A DNA stretch of 64,000 bases from Synergistales bacterium. Its GTDB lineage: Bacteria; Synergistota; Synergistia; Synergistales; JAFGMB01. The DNA lies in NCBI GenBank assembly GCA_963666205.1, contig OY762654.1, forward strand, positions 864,001-928,000, given 5' to 3'. The notes under the pieces are model-generated. The model ran no database searches, had not been told where the DNA came from, and saw only the letters and a list, made by a program, of their open reading frames with translations. The number at the start of each line of letters is the position of its first letter. The first letter of the stretch is position 1. Positions 10,611 through 18,786 of the stretch are shown here, in pieces. Both the position numbers and the translations under genes were made by a program.

Positions 10611-10866
10611 GGCTCACACTCCCATCCCCACATATTGAGGCATCATAGATACAAGATGTCTCAATTTATTAACAAGGCGTTATTATATTTTTTATTCATT
10701 CTCTGACTAATCGCAAGTAAATGCAAGAAAGCGGAAAACCATGGACATATTACCAGATTTTTGAACTATTCCGAAAAACATTCCAAAAAAGTTTTTTTAC
10801 TTGACATTTTTGGAACATGTAATAGCATGGGCTGGAAATTTAGACCGTTTACCGGGAGGAATAAAA

Positions 10867-11361
10867 ATGGAAAAAACCATGAAAAATCTCGCGGCAGCTT
10901 TCGCTGGAGAATCTCAGGCAAACAGAAAATATCTGGCCTTTGCCAGGAAAGCAGATGCGGAAGGTTACCCCCAGGTAGCAAAACTCTTCAGAGCTGTAGC
11001 TGAAGCTGAAACCATTCATGCCCATTCCCACTTAAAGGAAATGGGCGGGATAGGCTCCACCGCAGAGAACCTGAAGGAAGCCCATGATGGAGAAGTCTAC
11101 GAATTCTCCACCATGTACCCGGAATTTATTAAAGAAGCAGAGGAAGAGGGTGCCAAGGCCCCTTTGCGCTCTTTTAACTTCGCAAACGAGGCTGAAAAAG
11201 CCCACGCGGAGCTTTACAGGAAAGCACTCGAAAGTCTTGAAAAGGGAGAAGAGGTAGAATACCATCTCTGTCCGATATGCGGCTTCGTAGTGGCACAGGA
11301 AGTCCCTGATGTCTGCCCTGTCTGCGGAGCAAAGGGCTCAGTTTTCAGGCACATAAACTGA
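10867..11361 (+). CDS. rbr: Rubrerythrin
   Basis: NLAAAFAGESQANRKY, EAETIHA, EKAH, C-terminal CPICG...CPVCG; GGGAGG RBS before ATG 10867. Confidence 0.95.
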   Translation: MEKTMKNLAAAFAGESQANRKYLAFARKADAEGYPQVAKLFRAVAEAETIHAHSHLKEMGGIGSTAENLKEAHDGEVYEFSTMYPEFIKEAEEEGAKAPLRSFNFANEAEKAHAELYRKALESLEKGEEVEYHLCPICGFVVAQEVPDVCPVCGAKGSVFRHIN

Positions 11362-11377
11362 GCAGTATCTTTACAGT

Positions 11378-11425
11378 ATAGACAAGAGAAGGAATCGGAC
11401 ATGTTCGATTCCTTCTCTTGTCTAT
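11378..11425. terminator. Long perfect hairpin between convergent genes
   Basis: ATAGACAAGAGAAGGAATCG...CGATTCCTTCTCTTGTCTAT. Confidence 0.8.
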
Positions 11426-11429
11426 CATT

Positions 11430-12041
11430 TCACTGAACCCACTGCCGGGAGATCTTCTGCGTAAATCTAGAACAGAAACTTTCCAGGGATAAATTATTTT
11501 CCCTTGCTCTCTCCAGTTCCCAACGCCAGACAACAGATCTGAAAAAATCTCTTTCTCTTGCTAAAAAGCCTCTTTTCCTCTGTCTCACAGAAACCCTGAA
11601 ATAATGCAAAAAGAATCTTTTCGGATCCTCTATAATGTCAGTAGGAAGTGGCCCGCTGTACCTGCTTCCTGTGGCTTCGGAAAAGGCTTCTGTATCAGCC
11701 ATTAGCCAGGCCTCGATCTTTCTTTGCACTGGAACTGCCATTGCTGGGGGAAAGGAGAATGCGGCTTCCTCCAGCTTTTTAAAGTCTCCTTTTTTCAGAT
11801 CCGCCTCATCGAAGAAAAGAAGAACAGGACCCTGGAGATGGTATTGCCGGACAAGCCCTGCACTTTTCCTGACCAGACTATCGATGCCGGTCTGCACCTT
11901 AATCCGGATTTTAAGACCATACGAGTCGAAAAAAGGTTTCATTCTCTGAAGAAGAAGCCCGTCATGAGGTCCTTCACATATGCAGGTTACATAGTTACAG
12001 GTACCCTTCTCTCCCATGGCCTCCTCCGGAGAAATCTTCAA
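11430..12041 (-). CDS. DUF4276-like (TOPRIM-related) protein
   Basis: CEGPHD near N-terminus, IEAWLMAD, IIEDPK and SLESF motifs resemble DUF4276; start may be ATG 12017. Confidence 0.6.
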   Translation of the reverse strand: MKISPEEAMGEKGTCNYVTCICEGPHDGLLLQRMKPFFDSYGLKIRIKVQTGIDSLVRKSAGLVRQYHLQGPVLLFFDEADLKKGDFKKLEEAAFSFPPAMAVPVQRKIEAWLMADTEAFSEATGSRYSGPLPTDIIEDPKRFFLHYFRVSVRQRKRGFLARERDFFRSVVWRWELERARENNLSLESFCSRFTQKISRQWVQ

Positions 12042-12049
12042 CTCCCGGA

Positions 12050-13261
12050 TCAGGCCTTTTCCCCAGCCAGATAATTCGCAGCCACTCCTGCGATCAGTGC
12101 CACTCCATCAGCCAGGACATCTTCGTCGACCTGAAATTTCGGATGATGGTGAGGAGCCGTTATTCCCTTACTCTTGGCTCCTATTCCGAGGAAGAAAAAA
12201 CTCCCGGGAATCTTCTCAAGATAAAAACTGAAATCTTCCGCACCCATTGTAGGTGCTATCTCAATCACCCTGTCCTCGCCAAACATCCTCTTTGCGGCCG
12301 CTGATGCATGATCAGTAAAATCGGGATCGTTAACAGTGGGAGGGAGATTGTTGTGATAATCAAATTCAGCCTCACATCTCATAGCATTTGAAACATTCTC
12401 TACTATACGTTTCATTCTCCCTGGCAGCTCTTTTCTGAGTTCAGGGTTGAATGTCCTTGTAGTTCCAAGGAGATAAACGCTGTCCGGAATGATATTGAAG
12501 GCACTTCCTGCTTCCATTTTCCCCACAGAAACAACTATGCTTTCCAGTGGATCAGTTTCCCTGCTGACTATGCTCTGGATCATTGTTATCAGGTGACCTG
12601 CCGCGAGAGTGGGATCGATTGCCATATGGGGGACTGCTCCATGGCCGCCCTTTCCCTGAAGACGTACCTCCCACCTGTCTGCAGAGGCCATGAGAGGACC
12701 CTTGCGATAACCTATTTTACCGCTTGGGACATCCATCCAGACATGAAGACCTGTAATCGCATCAACACCATCAAGAACATTTTCTCCTACCATTGCCCTG
12801 GCGCCTGGAAAGGAACCTGACTCTTCAGATGGCTGGAAAATAAGTCTTACCTTCCATGGGAAAGAATCCCTGGTTTTTATTATCAACTCTGCAACACCAA
12901 GGAGGATAGCGATATGGGCATCATGTCCACAGGCATGCATTACTCCCTCGTTCTCTGAAGCAAAGGGGAGACCCGTCGTTTCTTGTATGGGAAGAGCATC
13001 CATGTCGGCACGCAATGCTATACATCTGCCGGGTTTATCAGAATTCAGATCCGCTACTACCCCGGTCGGCCTGCCCGCCGTGCCTATTCTGACGTTTTCG
13101 TATCCTAGATCCTCAAGGATAGCGGCAATCTTCCTGCTGGTATCCACTTCTTCCATTGAAAGCTCAGGATGGCTGTGAAAGTAACGCCTGTGACTCTTTA
13201 CCCTTTCATGAAGTTCTCCTGAAATTTTTCTGATCTCTTGAAATATCTCGCCATTATGCAT
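12050..13261 (-). CDS. M20D amidohydrolase
   Basis: RRYFHSHPELS, LRADMDALP, MHACGHDAH, FQPSEE, GGHGA.PH, AEDF, HHPKF. Confidence 0.95.
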   Translation of the reverse strand: MHNGEIFQEIRKISGELHERVKSHRRYFHSHPELSMEEVDTSRKIAAILEDLGYENVRIGTAGRPTGVVADLNSDKPGRCIALRADMDALPIQETTGLPFASENEGVMHACGHDAHIAILLGVAELIIKTRDSFPWKVRLIFQPSEESGSFPGARAMVGENVLDGVDAITGLHVWMDVPSGKIGYRKGPLMASADRWEVRLQGKGGHGAVPHMAIDPTLAAGHLITMIQSIVSRETDPLESIVVSVGKMEAGSAFNIIPDSVYLLGTTRTFNPELRKELPGRMKRIVENVSNAMRCEAEFDYHNNLPPTVNDPDFTDHASAAAKRMFGEDRVIEIAPTMGAEDFSFYLEKIPGSFFFLGIGAKSKGITAPHHHPKFQVDEDVLADGVALIAGVAANYLAGEKA

Positions 13262-13406
13262 GCATCGTAACTCCCTTCAATGAAAAATCCTTTTGAATTC
13301 TTTTTATATTGAAAACCGGTAACCATATTCCTCCTTCTTCAGAAAGCCCCGATATCTGAAAAAGAAAAATAAAACTCCCCCCTTAGGAAAAAGGAAGGGG
13401 AAATAT

Positions 13407-13901
13407 TTATTTCAAACATTTTATGGAAAATTCTTTAAGTATTTCCTTGAGCGCTGGCCCACCTTTTTTGATCATACCGTCGGTCAGACTCAATACGGAA
13501 CGGGGGGGCTTGCCACAAAGCCTTTCCATTTCAGAAAAAGCGCGCTTATCTCCACTTCCTCCCATGGTACAGAAAAAAGCGACCTTCCGAGCCTTTCTAC
13601 CATGATCAGAGCAATAGGTTCTTATTGCCGGGCTGACTGTCCATGCCCATACGGGACCTCCAATTATTACCATATCAAAATTGCCTGCATCATTCATTGG
13701 GGGGGTAATATCAGTCAGCTTCTTCATGGCGGCATCTCTGCCGCCGATGGCGTATCCGCCAACTCCAGCCCTGTTCTTAAGGTCGACAATGGATTCGATC
13801 TGTGTGAAAACACCAGGTAACTCTTCAGATATCTCCTTCAACAGGGATGCTATTCTTTTACTGTTTCCCGTTCTGGAATAGTATGCAATAAGCACTTTCA
13901 T
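13407..13901 (-). CDS. Flavodoxin family protein
   Basis: YYSRTGNS FMN loop, GGPVWAW, FFCTMGGSG. Confidence 0.9.
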   Translation of the reverse strand: MKVLIAYYSRTGNSKRIASLLKEISEELPGVFTQIESIVDLKNRAGVGGYAIGGRDAAMKKLTDITPPMNDAGNFDMVIIGGPVWAWTVSPAIRTYCSDHGRKARKVAFFCTMGGSGDKRAFSEMERLCGKPPRSVLSLTDGMIKKGGPALKEILKEFSIKCLK

Positions 13902-13944
13902 CTGATCACACCTCCCACATTAGGTAGAGCCATGATCCCACTCC

Positions 13945-14697
13945 TCACCCGAGGGGCAACTCGCTCTGGATATCTTTAAGGCGGATCTTCCGACCAACCC
14001 CGGTTTCGATGTAACCGGGAAATTGATTCCTGAAGACTTCTTTTGACAGATCGCCACTGCAATGACATGGAGCAGGATGAGAAAGCCCCTTCTTTGCAAG
14101 TGTAGATGCCAGAAGTTCTATCTCGAACCTGGAACGGGCTTCCAGATGAAGACCTCCAATTATCATCAGCAGTTTATCCGGGGAAATACATTCAACCTTT
14201 TCGAGGATACTTTTCACCCCGGGATGAGCACAACCCGTCATTACGACGAGTCCTCTATCAGTCTCTATTACCATGGCTATTTCCCTGGTCATATCTCCCG
14301 TTTCTGTAGTAACGGAAACCCCGGGCATGATCTGCAGACACGATGAAACTGGCACTAATCCTGCTCCAGAGGCTAGAATTCTCTCAAGAAATCCCCTGGC
14401 AAAGGAAGAAGGAAAGTAAACTGAAATTTCATGGTTTTGTTCCAGAAGGGCATCGATCCCACCTGTATGATCGCCATGAAAATGAGAAAGCACCACTATA
14501 TCTATATCACGAGGAGAAATGCCGAGTTTTTGCATATTGGAAAGAAGGACCTCCCCCCTTGCGCCTGTATCGAAGAGGATAGTTTCTCCTGCCCCTTCGA
14601 CGAGACAGGAAAAACCCCATCCTGCCTGAAGGTCATTCTCAGCGGTTATGTTGTCATAGAGGATAGTCAGTGATATTTCAGAGGACATTATTTTCAT
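13945..14697 (-). CDS. MBL-fold metallo-hydrolase
   Basis: LYDN, WGFSCLVE, FDTG, SHFHGDHTGG, TGCAHPG, GGLH, PCHCSG; AGGAG RBS before ATG 14697. Confidence 0.9.
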   Translation of the reverse strand: MKIMSSEISLTILYDNITAENDLQAGWGFSCLVEGAGETILFDTGARGEVLLSNMQKLGISPRDIDIVVLSHFHGDHTGGIDALLEQNHEISVYFPSSFARGFLERILASGAGLVPVSSCLQIMPGVSVTTETGDMTREIAMVIETDRGLVVMTGCAHPGVKSILEKVECISPDKLLMIIGGLHLEARSRFEIELLASTLAKKGLSHPAPCHCSGDLSKEVFRNQFPGYIETGVGRKIRLKDIQSELPLG

Positions 14698-15406
14698 TTT
14701 TCGTACACTCCTGCTCTTCATAAATGAGTTGACCTGTCCTTCTTTAAAGGAGAAATGCGGAAAATAATAATGTGAATTATCGCGATCTGTGGTCAAGCCA
14801 AGAGGTAGAAATGCATCTGGCAGAGGGATATTTGCCAGATGTGGGAATCCCCATAAGATATCTGTCCAGATCATCCGTTCCTCATTGACCGGTAATTATA
14901 ATCACCGATCTTTTTCTTATCAGTTCTTGTATTATACTCATATTTCCCTGAATGCTAAACCAGGAGTATTCTCTTCAAAGATAAACAGTGACTGTGAAAT
15001 TCTGTTACTTTCAATATTTTTCCAGGTGGCATATGATATGGCATGATAGTTTGTCAACTGGTCAGTTTCATGAATTAAGACATGATCTATCGAACCTTTA
15101 TAAATTCAGGATCCCAGAAACAGATTTGACCATACCGTGATCCCTTTATAACCCCATCGATCCACTGACCCCCCTGGCGCCTTCATAGGTCCTCTAAGAT
15201 ACGGCTTCCGGTAAGAATCTATACATAAACCATCAGGAAATAACAATGTATTTCCAGTCAAGAAAATACAAATTCCTTGAGCATTATCTCCTGAAAGTCA
15301 CTTTTCCATAGGTGCCTGTAAGGAATATCCTTGCACTAATCCTGCAGTAAGGAGTAAATTACCAATGTCTTGCCATAATCTTATAACATCAGAAAGGAGG
15401 GTTTAC

Positions 15407-15733
15407 ATGTTCTACAGAAGAGAAGACCAAAAACCGAGAATTGATCAGGATGGGTTCAGACAGACCGTTCTTGCGCGGGGTGGGAGTATGATGTTGACCG
15501 AAGGAGAGTTCAGAAAAGGAGGACTGGCACCTATCCATAGCCACCCCCACGAACAGATAGCCTATGTGTCAAGGGGGTCATTCCGTTTCAGGATAGGCGA
15601 AGAAGTAAGGGAGATCCATGAAGGAGACAGCCTGTTCGTTCCTGCCAACGTAAAACATGATTGTGAAGCACTGGAAGACGGATCCGTAATAATTGATATC
15701 TTCAGCCCGCAGAGGGAAGATTTCCTCATTTAA
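15407..15733 (+). CDS. Cupin-domain protein
   Basis: HSHPHEQ, GDSLFVPANVKH, DIFSPQREDF; AGGAGG RBS. Confidence 0.9.
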   Translation: MFYRREDQKPRIDQDGFRQTVLARGGSMMLTEGEFRKGGLAPIHSHPHEQIAYVSRGSFRFRIGEEVREIHEGDSLFVPANVKHDCEALEDGSVIIDIFSPQREDFLI

Positions 15734-15765
15734 ACAGGACACTAACTCTCAGGATAACCTTTCCC

Positions 15766-15815
15766 CAGGAGGACAAGAGATACCCTTTCAGATATCTCTC
15801 GTCCTCCTGTTTTTT
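15766..15815 (+). terminator. Intrinsic terminator after cupin gene
   Basis: CAGGAGGAC.AGAGATA...TATCTCT.GTCCTCCTG followed by T-run. Confidence 0.75.
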
Positions 15816-15887
15816 CCTCTTTAACTCGATGTTTAGAAGCTGCTCATTACTGAATATATTTCAACTAATAAAAATATTTTTTACCTA

Positions 15888-15915
15888 TTGCATTTCTCCC
15901 GGAAAGGACTATAAT
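15888..15915 (+). promoter_or_regulatory. Sigma70-type promoter of the ATP-grasp operon
   Basis: TTGCAT ... TATAAT with ~16-nt spacer. Confidence 0.6.
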
Positions 15916-15954
15916 TCGCTCAAAATCAGTTAACGGATTGAAACCAAATTTTCT

Positions 15955-16092
15955 ATGGAAAGACACCATAAAATGGTGAAGAAAAGAAGGTTCAGTCATA
16001 TTATGTCAAGCCCAGATCCTCGTTTTCCTCCCGGAAAAAAGGGTGGGTTTTTTTTATGGGCTCAAGTGCTGGTTAGATCATCAGAGATCTGA
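15955..16092 (+). CDS. Putative leader (attenuator/arrest) peptide, 45 aa: MERHHKMVKKRRFSHIMSSPDPRFPPGKKGGFFLWAQVLVRSSEI
   Basis: Open frame between promoter and first structural gene, running through the terminator hairpin; alternative start ATG 15973; weak RBS. Confidence 0.45.
   Translation: MERHHKMVKKRRFSHIMSSPDPRFPPGKKGGFFLWAQVLVRSSEI
16008..16055 (+). terminator. Leader (attenuator) terminator
   Basis: AAGCCCA.ATCCT..TTTTCC-tccc-GGAAAA..GGGTGGGTTT then TTTTT; lies upstream of the first structural gene. Confidence 0.6.
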
Positions 16093-16134
16093 TGTGAGAC
16101 AGTAAATATTTCCTCAAAAAGGAGAGGACAGAAA

Positions 16135-17190
16135 ATGTGGGAAACAAAAGAGGGAAAAGAAGAGGTTCCGCTAAGGGTAAGTAAAGTAGGAATAGCATAT
16201 AATCTCCGCCGACAGGCTGAGGTGGGTCAACCTGATGACCTTTATGAGGAGTATGACTGCATGGATACAGTACGCTCCATATCAGGTGAAATAGAACGCT
16301 ACGGTTTCGAAACATGCATGCTGGAACAGGATGAAAACTTTCTGGAAAAGATTTTCCAGAACAAGCCCGGTTTCGTCTTCAATATAGCTGAAGGAGTAGG
16401 TGGAACAAGGGGAAGGGAAGCCCAGATCCCTTCTATCCTGGAAAGCATTGGAATACCCTACTCCGGATCTGATGGAGTTTCACTTTCAATAACCCTGGAC
16501 AAGTATCTGACCCACAAGATCCTCTCTTCCTCCAACATCAGGGTTCCCGCTTTTTACCACTTTGCCGCAGAAGAAGATTTTGAGAATTCGGAAGAGATCT
16601 TTGACTATCATGAATTATGCATTGTCAAACCTCGATGGGAAGGCTCCTCCAAGGGAGTGTTCAAAGATTCCATAGCTCAAACACATGAAGAAATGAAGGA
16701 TAAAGTCAGAAGAATATGGAAGATGTACAAAGAACCGGCCATTGTGGAAGAATATCTGCCCGGAGATGAGATTACCGTCGGAATAATGGGTAACGGGACC
16801 CAGAAGGTCCTCGGAATGATGCGGATAGTTCCTTTACACAAGGAAGAAGGTCACTTTCTATATTCACTTCAACATAAACGGGAATGGGAGGAACTGATAA
16901 AGTACCAGGGACCCGAAACAATTCCCGACCATGTCCGAAAGGCTCTTTCAGATGCAGCTAAAAAGACTTTCAAGGTTATGGATCTCAGGGATGTAGCCCG
17001 TATAGATTTCCGGCTGGACACTAACGGTATCCCGAGAGTAATAGACGTCAATCCCCTGCCAGGTCTTTCTCCCAGGTATAGCGACCTGATAATTCTCCAC
17101 AGGCTTAGCGGTGGAGAATACAAGGAAATAATCAGGGGGATCCTCAAGGAATCCTTTCACAGAAACAACCTGGAATGGTCGTGGAATTGA
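16135..17190 (+). CDS. ATP-grasp ligase, D-Ala-D-Ala-ligase-like (paralogue 1)
   Basis: FNIAEG, GIPYSGSD, LDK, VKP..EGSSKG, VEEYLPG.E, ARIDFR, DVNPLPG; lacks the canonical Ddl N-terminal GG.S.E. Confidence 0.85.
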   Translation: MWETKEGKEEVPLRVSKVGIAYNLRRQAEVGQPDDLYEEYDCMDTVRSISGEIERYGFETCMLEQDENFLEKIFQNKPGFVFNIAEGVGGTRGREAQIPSILESIGIPYSGSDGVSLSITLDKYLTHKILSSSNIRVPAFYHFAAEEDFENSEEIFDYHELCIVKPRWEGSSKGVFKDSIAQTHEEMKDKVRRIWKMYKEPAIVEEYLPGDEITVGIMGNGTQKVLGMMRIVPLHKEEGHFLYSLQHKREWEELIKYQGPETIPDHVRKALSDAAKKTFKVMDLRDVARIDFRLDTNGIPRVIDVNPLPGLSPRYSDLIILHRLSGGEYKEIIRGILKESFHRNNLEWSWN

Positions 17191-18275
17191 TGAAAGGAAA
17201 CCCTGGCATGAAAGGTCCCCTTCTCGTAATAGCCAGTGAAGAGGAAACCGAAAGGGAGGACATGCTCGATATCCTGCGATGCCGGAACGCAGTTATGGAA
17301 GGACTTTCATCTGCTGGATATGACGTTACGGGGCTGAACATTACACCTGCCGATTTTCAGGACCTGCCGTCCATGATCAGAAGGATCAGGGGGATCAGAC
17401 CATCCTGCATATTCAACCTTTTTGAAGGGTTCAGCGGTAAGCCAGTCCTGGAAAGGGAATTCTGCAGAATACTGGAAAACCTGGATATCCCCTTCACCGG
17501 CAATACTTCGGCGACCCTTGGTAAGTGCCTTAACAAGGATGAAACAAAGAAGCATCTTAAAAAGGCAGGAATAACTGTTCCTGGTGGATACATCGTAAGA
17601 AGTCATCTACAGGTCGTCCCCTCAAGGATTCGTTATCCCCTCTTCATCAAACCCTGCTGTGAAGATGGGAGTGTCGGGATAGATCATCGATCAATAATAG
17701 TGGGACCAGAAGACCTGGCCGCAAGACTTGAGGAAAAACTTTTGCGGCATCCCTCTGGAATCGTTGTGGAAGAATTCATCCCCGGAAGGGAATTTAACGT
17801 TGCATTCCTTGGAAATGGGCCCTATGAGATGCAATCAGTGTCGGTTTTGGATTATGCCAGGTATGAAGGCGTTCAACCCTTTCTGGGATACGATTCCAAG
17901 TGGGACCCCGCTTCTCCCGATTACAGTATGACCTTTACCGAGTTGGACGAAGGGAAAGACAGGGAACTGAAAACCAGTATAGGTCGGATAGCTTCAAAAG
18001 CTGGCCATGTACTGGGATGCAGAAGCTACTTCAGGGTTGACCTGCGTGAACGGGATGGGGAAATGTACGTTCTGGATGTAAACCCGAACCCTGACATTAA
18101 TCTGGACAGCGGCTTCGTCAGGCAGAGTCGCACCCGGGGTTACTCATACCCGCAACTTCTTGAGCATATAATCAATCTAGCACTGGAAGAAAAAATGGAG
18201 AAGAACAATTATGAAATACAGCGTACAGGATTATATAAAGATAGCAGAATCGACAAAAGCCTTTACCTCTCCTGA
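17175..18275 (+). CDS. ATP-grasp ligase, D-Ala-D-Ala-ligase-like (paralogue 2)
   Basis: FNLFEG, IPFTGN, LNK, IKPCCEDGSVGI, VEEFIPGREF, RVDLR, DVNPNPD; overlaps both neighbours. Confidence 0.85.
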   Translation: MVVELMKGNPGMKGPLLVIASEEETEREDMLDILRCRNAVMEGLSSAGYDVTGLNITPADFQDLPSMIRRIRGIRPSCIFNLFEGFSGKPVLEREFCRILENLDIPFTGNTSATLGKCLNKDETKKHLKKAGITVPGGYIVRSHLQVVPSRIRYPLFIKPCCEDGSVGIDHRSIIVGPEDLAARLEEKLLRHPSGIVVEEFIPGREFNVAFLGNGPYEMQSVSVLDYARYEGVQPFLGYDSKWDPASPDYSMTFTELDEGKDRELKTSIGRIASKAGHVLGCRSYFRVDLRERDGEMYVLDVNPNPDINLDSGFVRQSRTRGYSYPQLLEHIINLALEEKMEKNNYEIQRTGLYKDSRIDKSLYLS

Positions 18276-18675
18276 GATAAAAACTCTGCGGGAAGTCCTG
18301 GAAGAATGGGAAGCAAACCCCGGAAAGGACTACCTTCTTCTTCACGAAGAAGATCAGGAAGGATTGATGGGCTTTCTGATATACGGATCTACGCCTATGA
18401 CTGAAAGCGGTTTCGACCTTTACTGGATAGCGGTAAAAAAAACAGGACAGAGGAAAGGTATGGGCAGGAAGCTTGTCCTGGAAATGGAAAACCGTATTCT
18501 CGAAGAAAAGGGACGAGGTGTTATAAGGATCGAGACTTCCGGTAGGGAACAGTATAAGGGGCAGCGACAATTCTACCTTTCACTGGGATACTCCGAATGT
18601 GGACGTATCAGGAATTTCTACCATCAGGGTGACGATCTCGTAACATTTTCAAAATCCATCCAGGGAATGAATTAA
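18211..18675 (+). CDS. GNAT N-acetyltransferase
   Basis: FDLYWIAV, acetyl-CoA motif QRKGMG, IETS, FY..LGY. Confidence 0.9.
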   Translation: MKYSVQDYIKIAESTKAFTSPEIKTLREVLEEWEANPGKDYLLLHEEDQEGLMGFLIYGSTPMTESGFDLYWIAVKKTGQRKGMGRKLVLEMENRILEEKGRGVIRIETSGREQYKGQRQFYLSLGYSECGRIRNFYHQGDDLVTFSKSIQGMN

Positions 18676-18786
18676 GGAGGGGAATCGAATCTCCTTCTTT
18701 GATCATTTCTCTGTAACTTGCAGGATTACATTCATTACAGGAAAAGGATGTAAGAAAAGGTTCCTTAACAATATGGAGGAAATTCG

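Noticed and set aside
14875-15360. Long spacer with a ~50-codon minus-strand open frame and AGGAG-ATG near 15284
   Set aside because: The ATG frame stops after 8 codons; the longer frame has no good start or recognisable product.
16135-18275. Calling the ATP-grasp genes ddl or van-type resistance ligases
   Set aside because: They lack Ddl substrate motifs, have DxN rather than ExN, and have no mur or van context.
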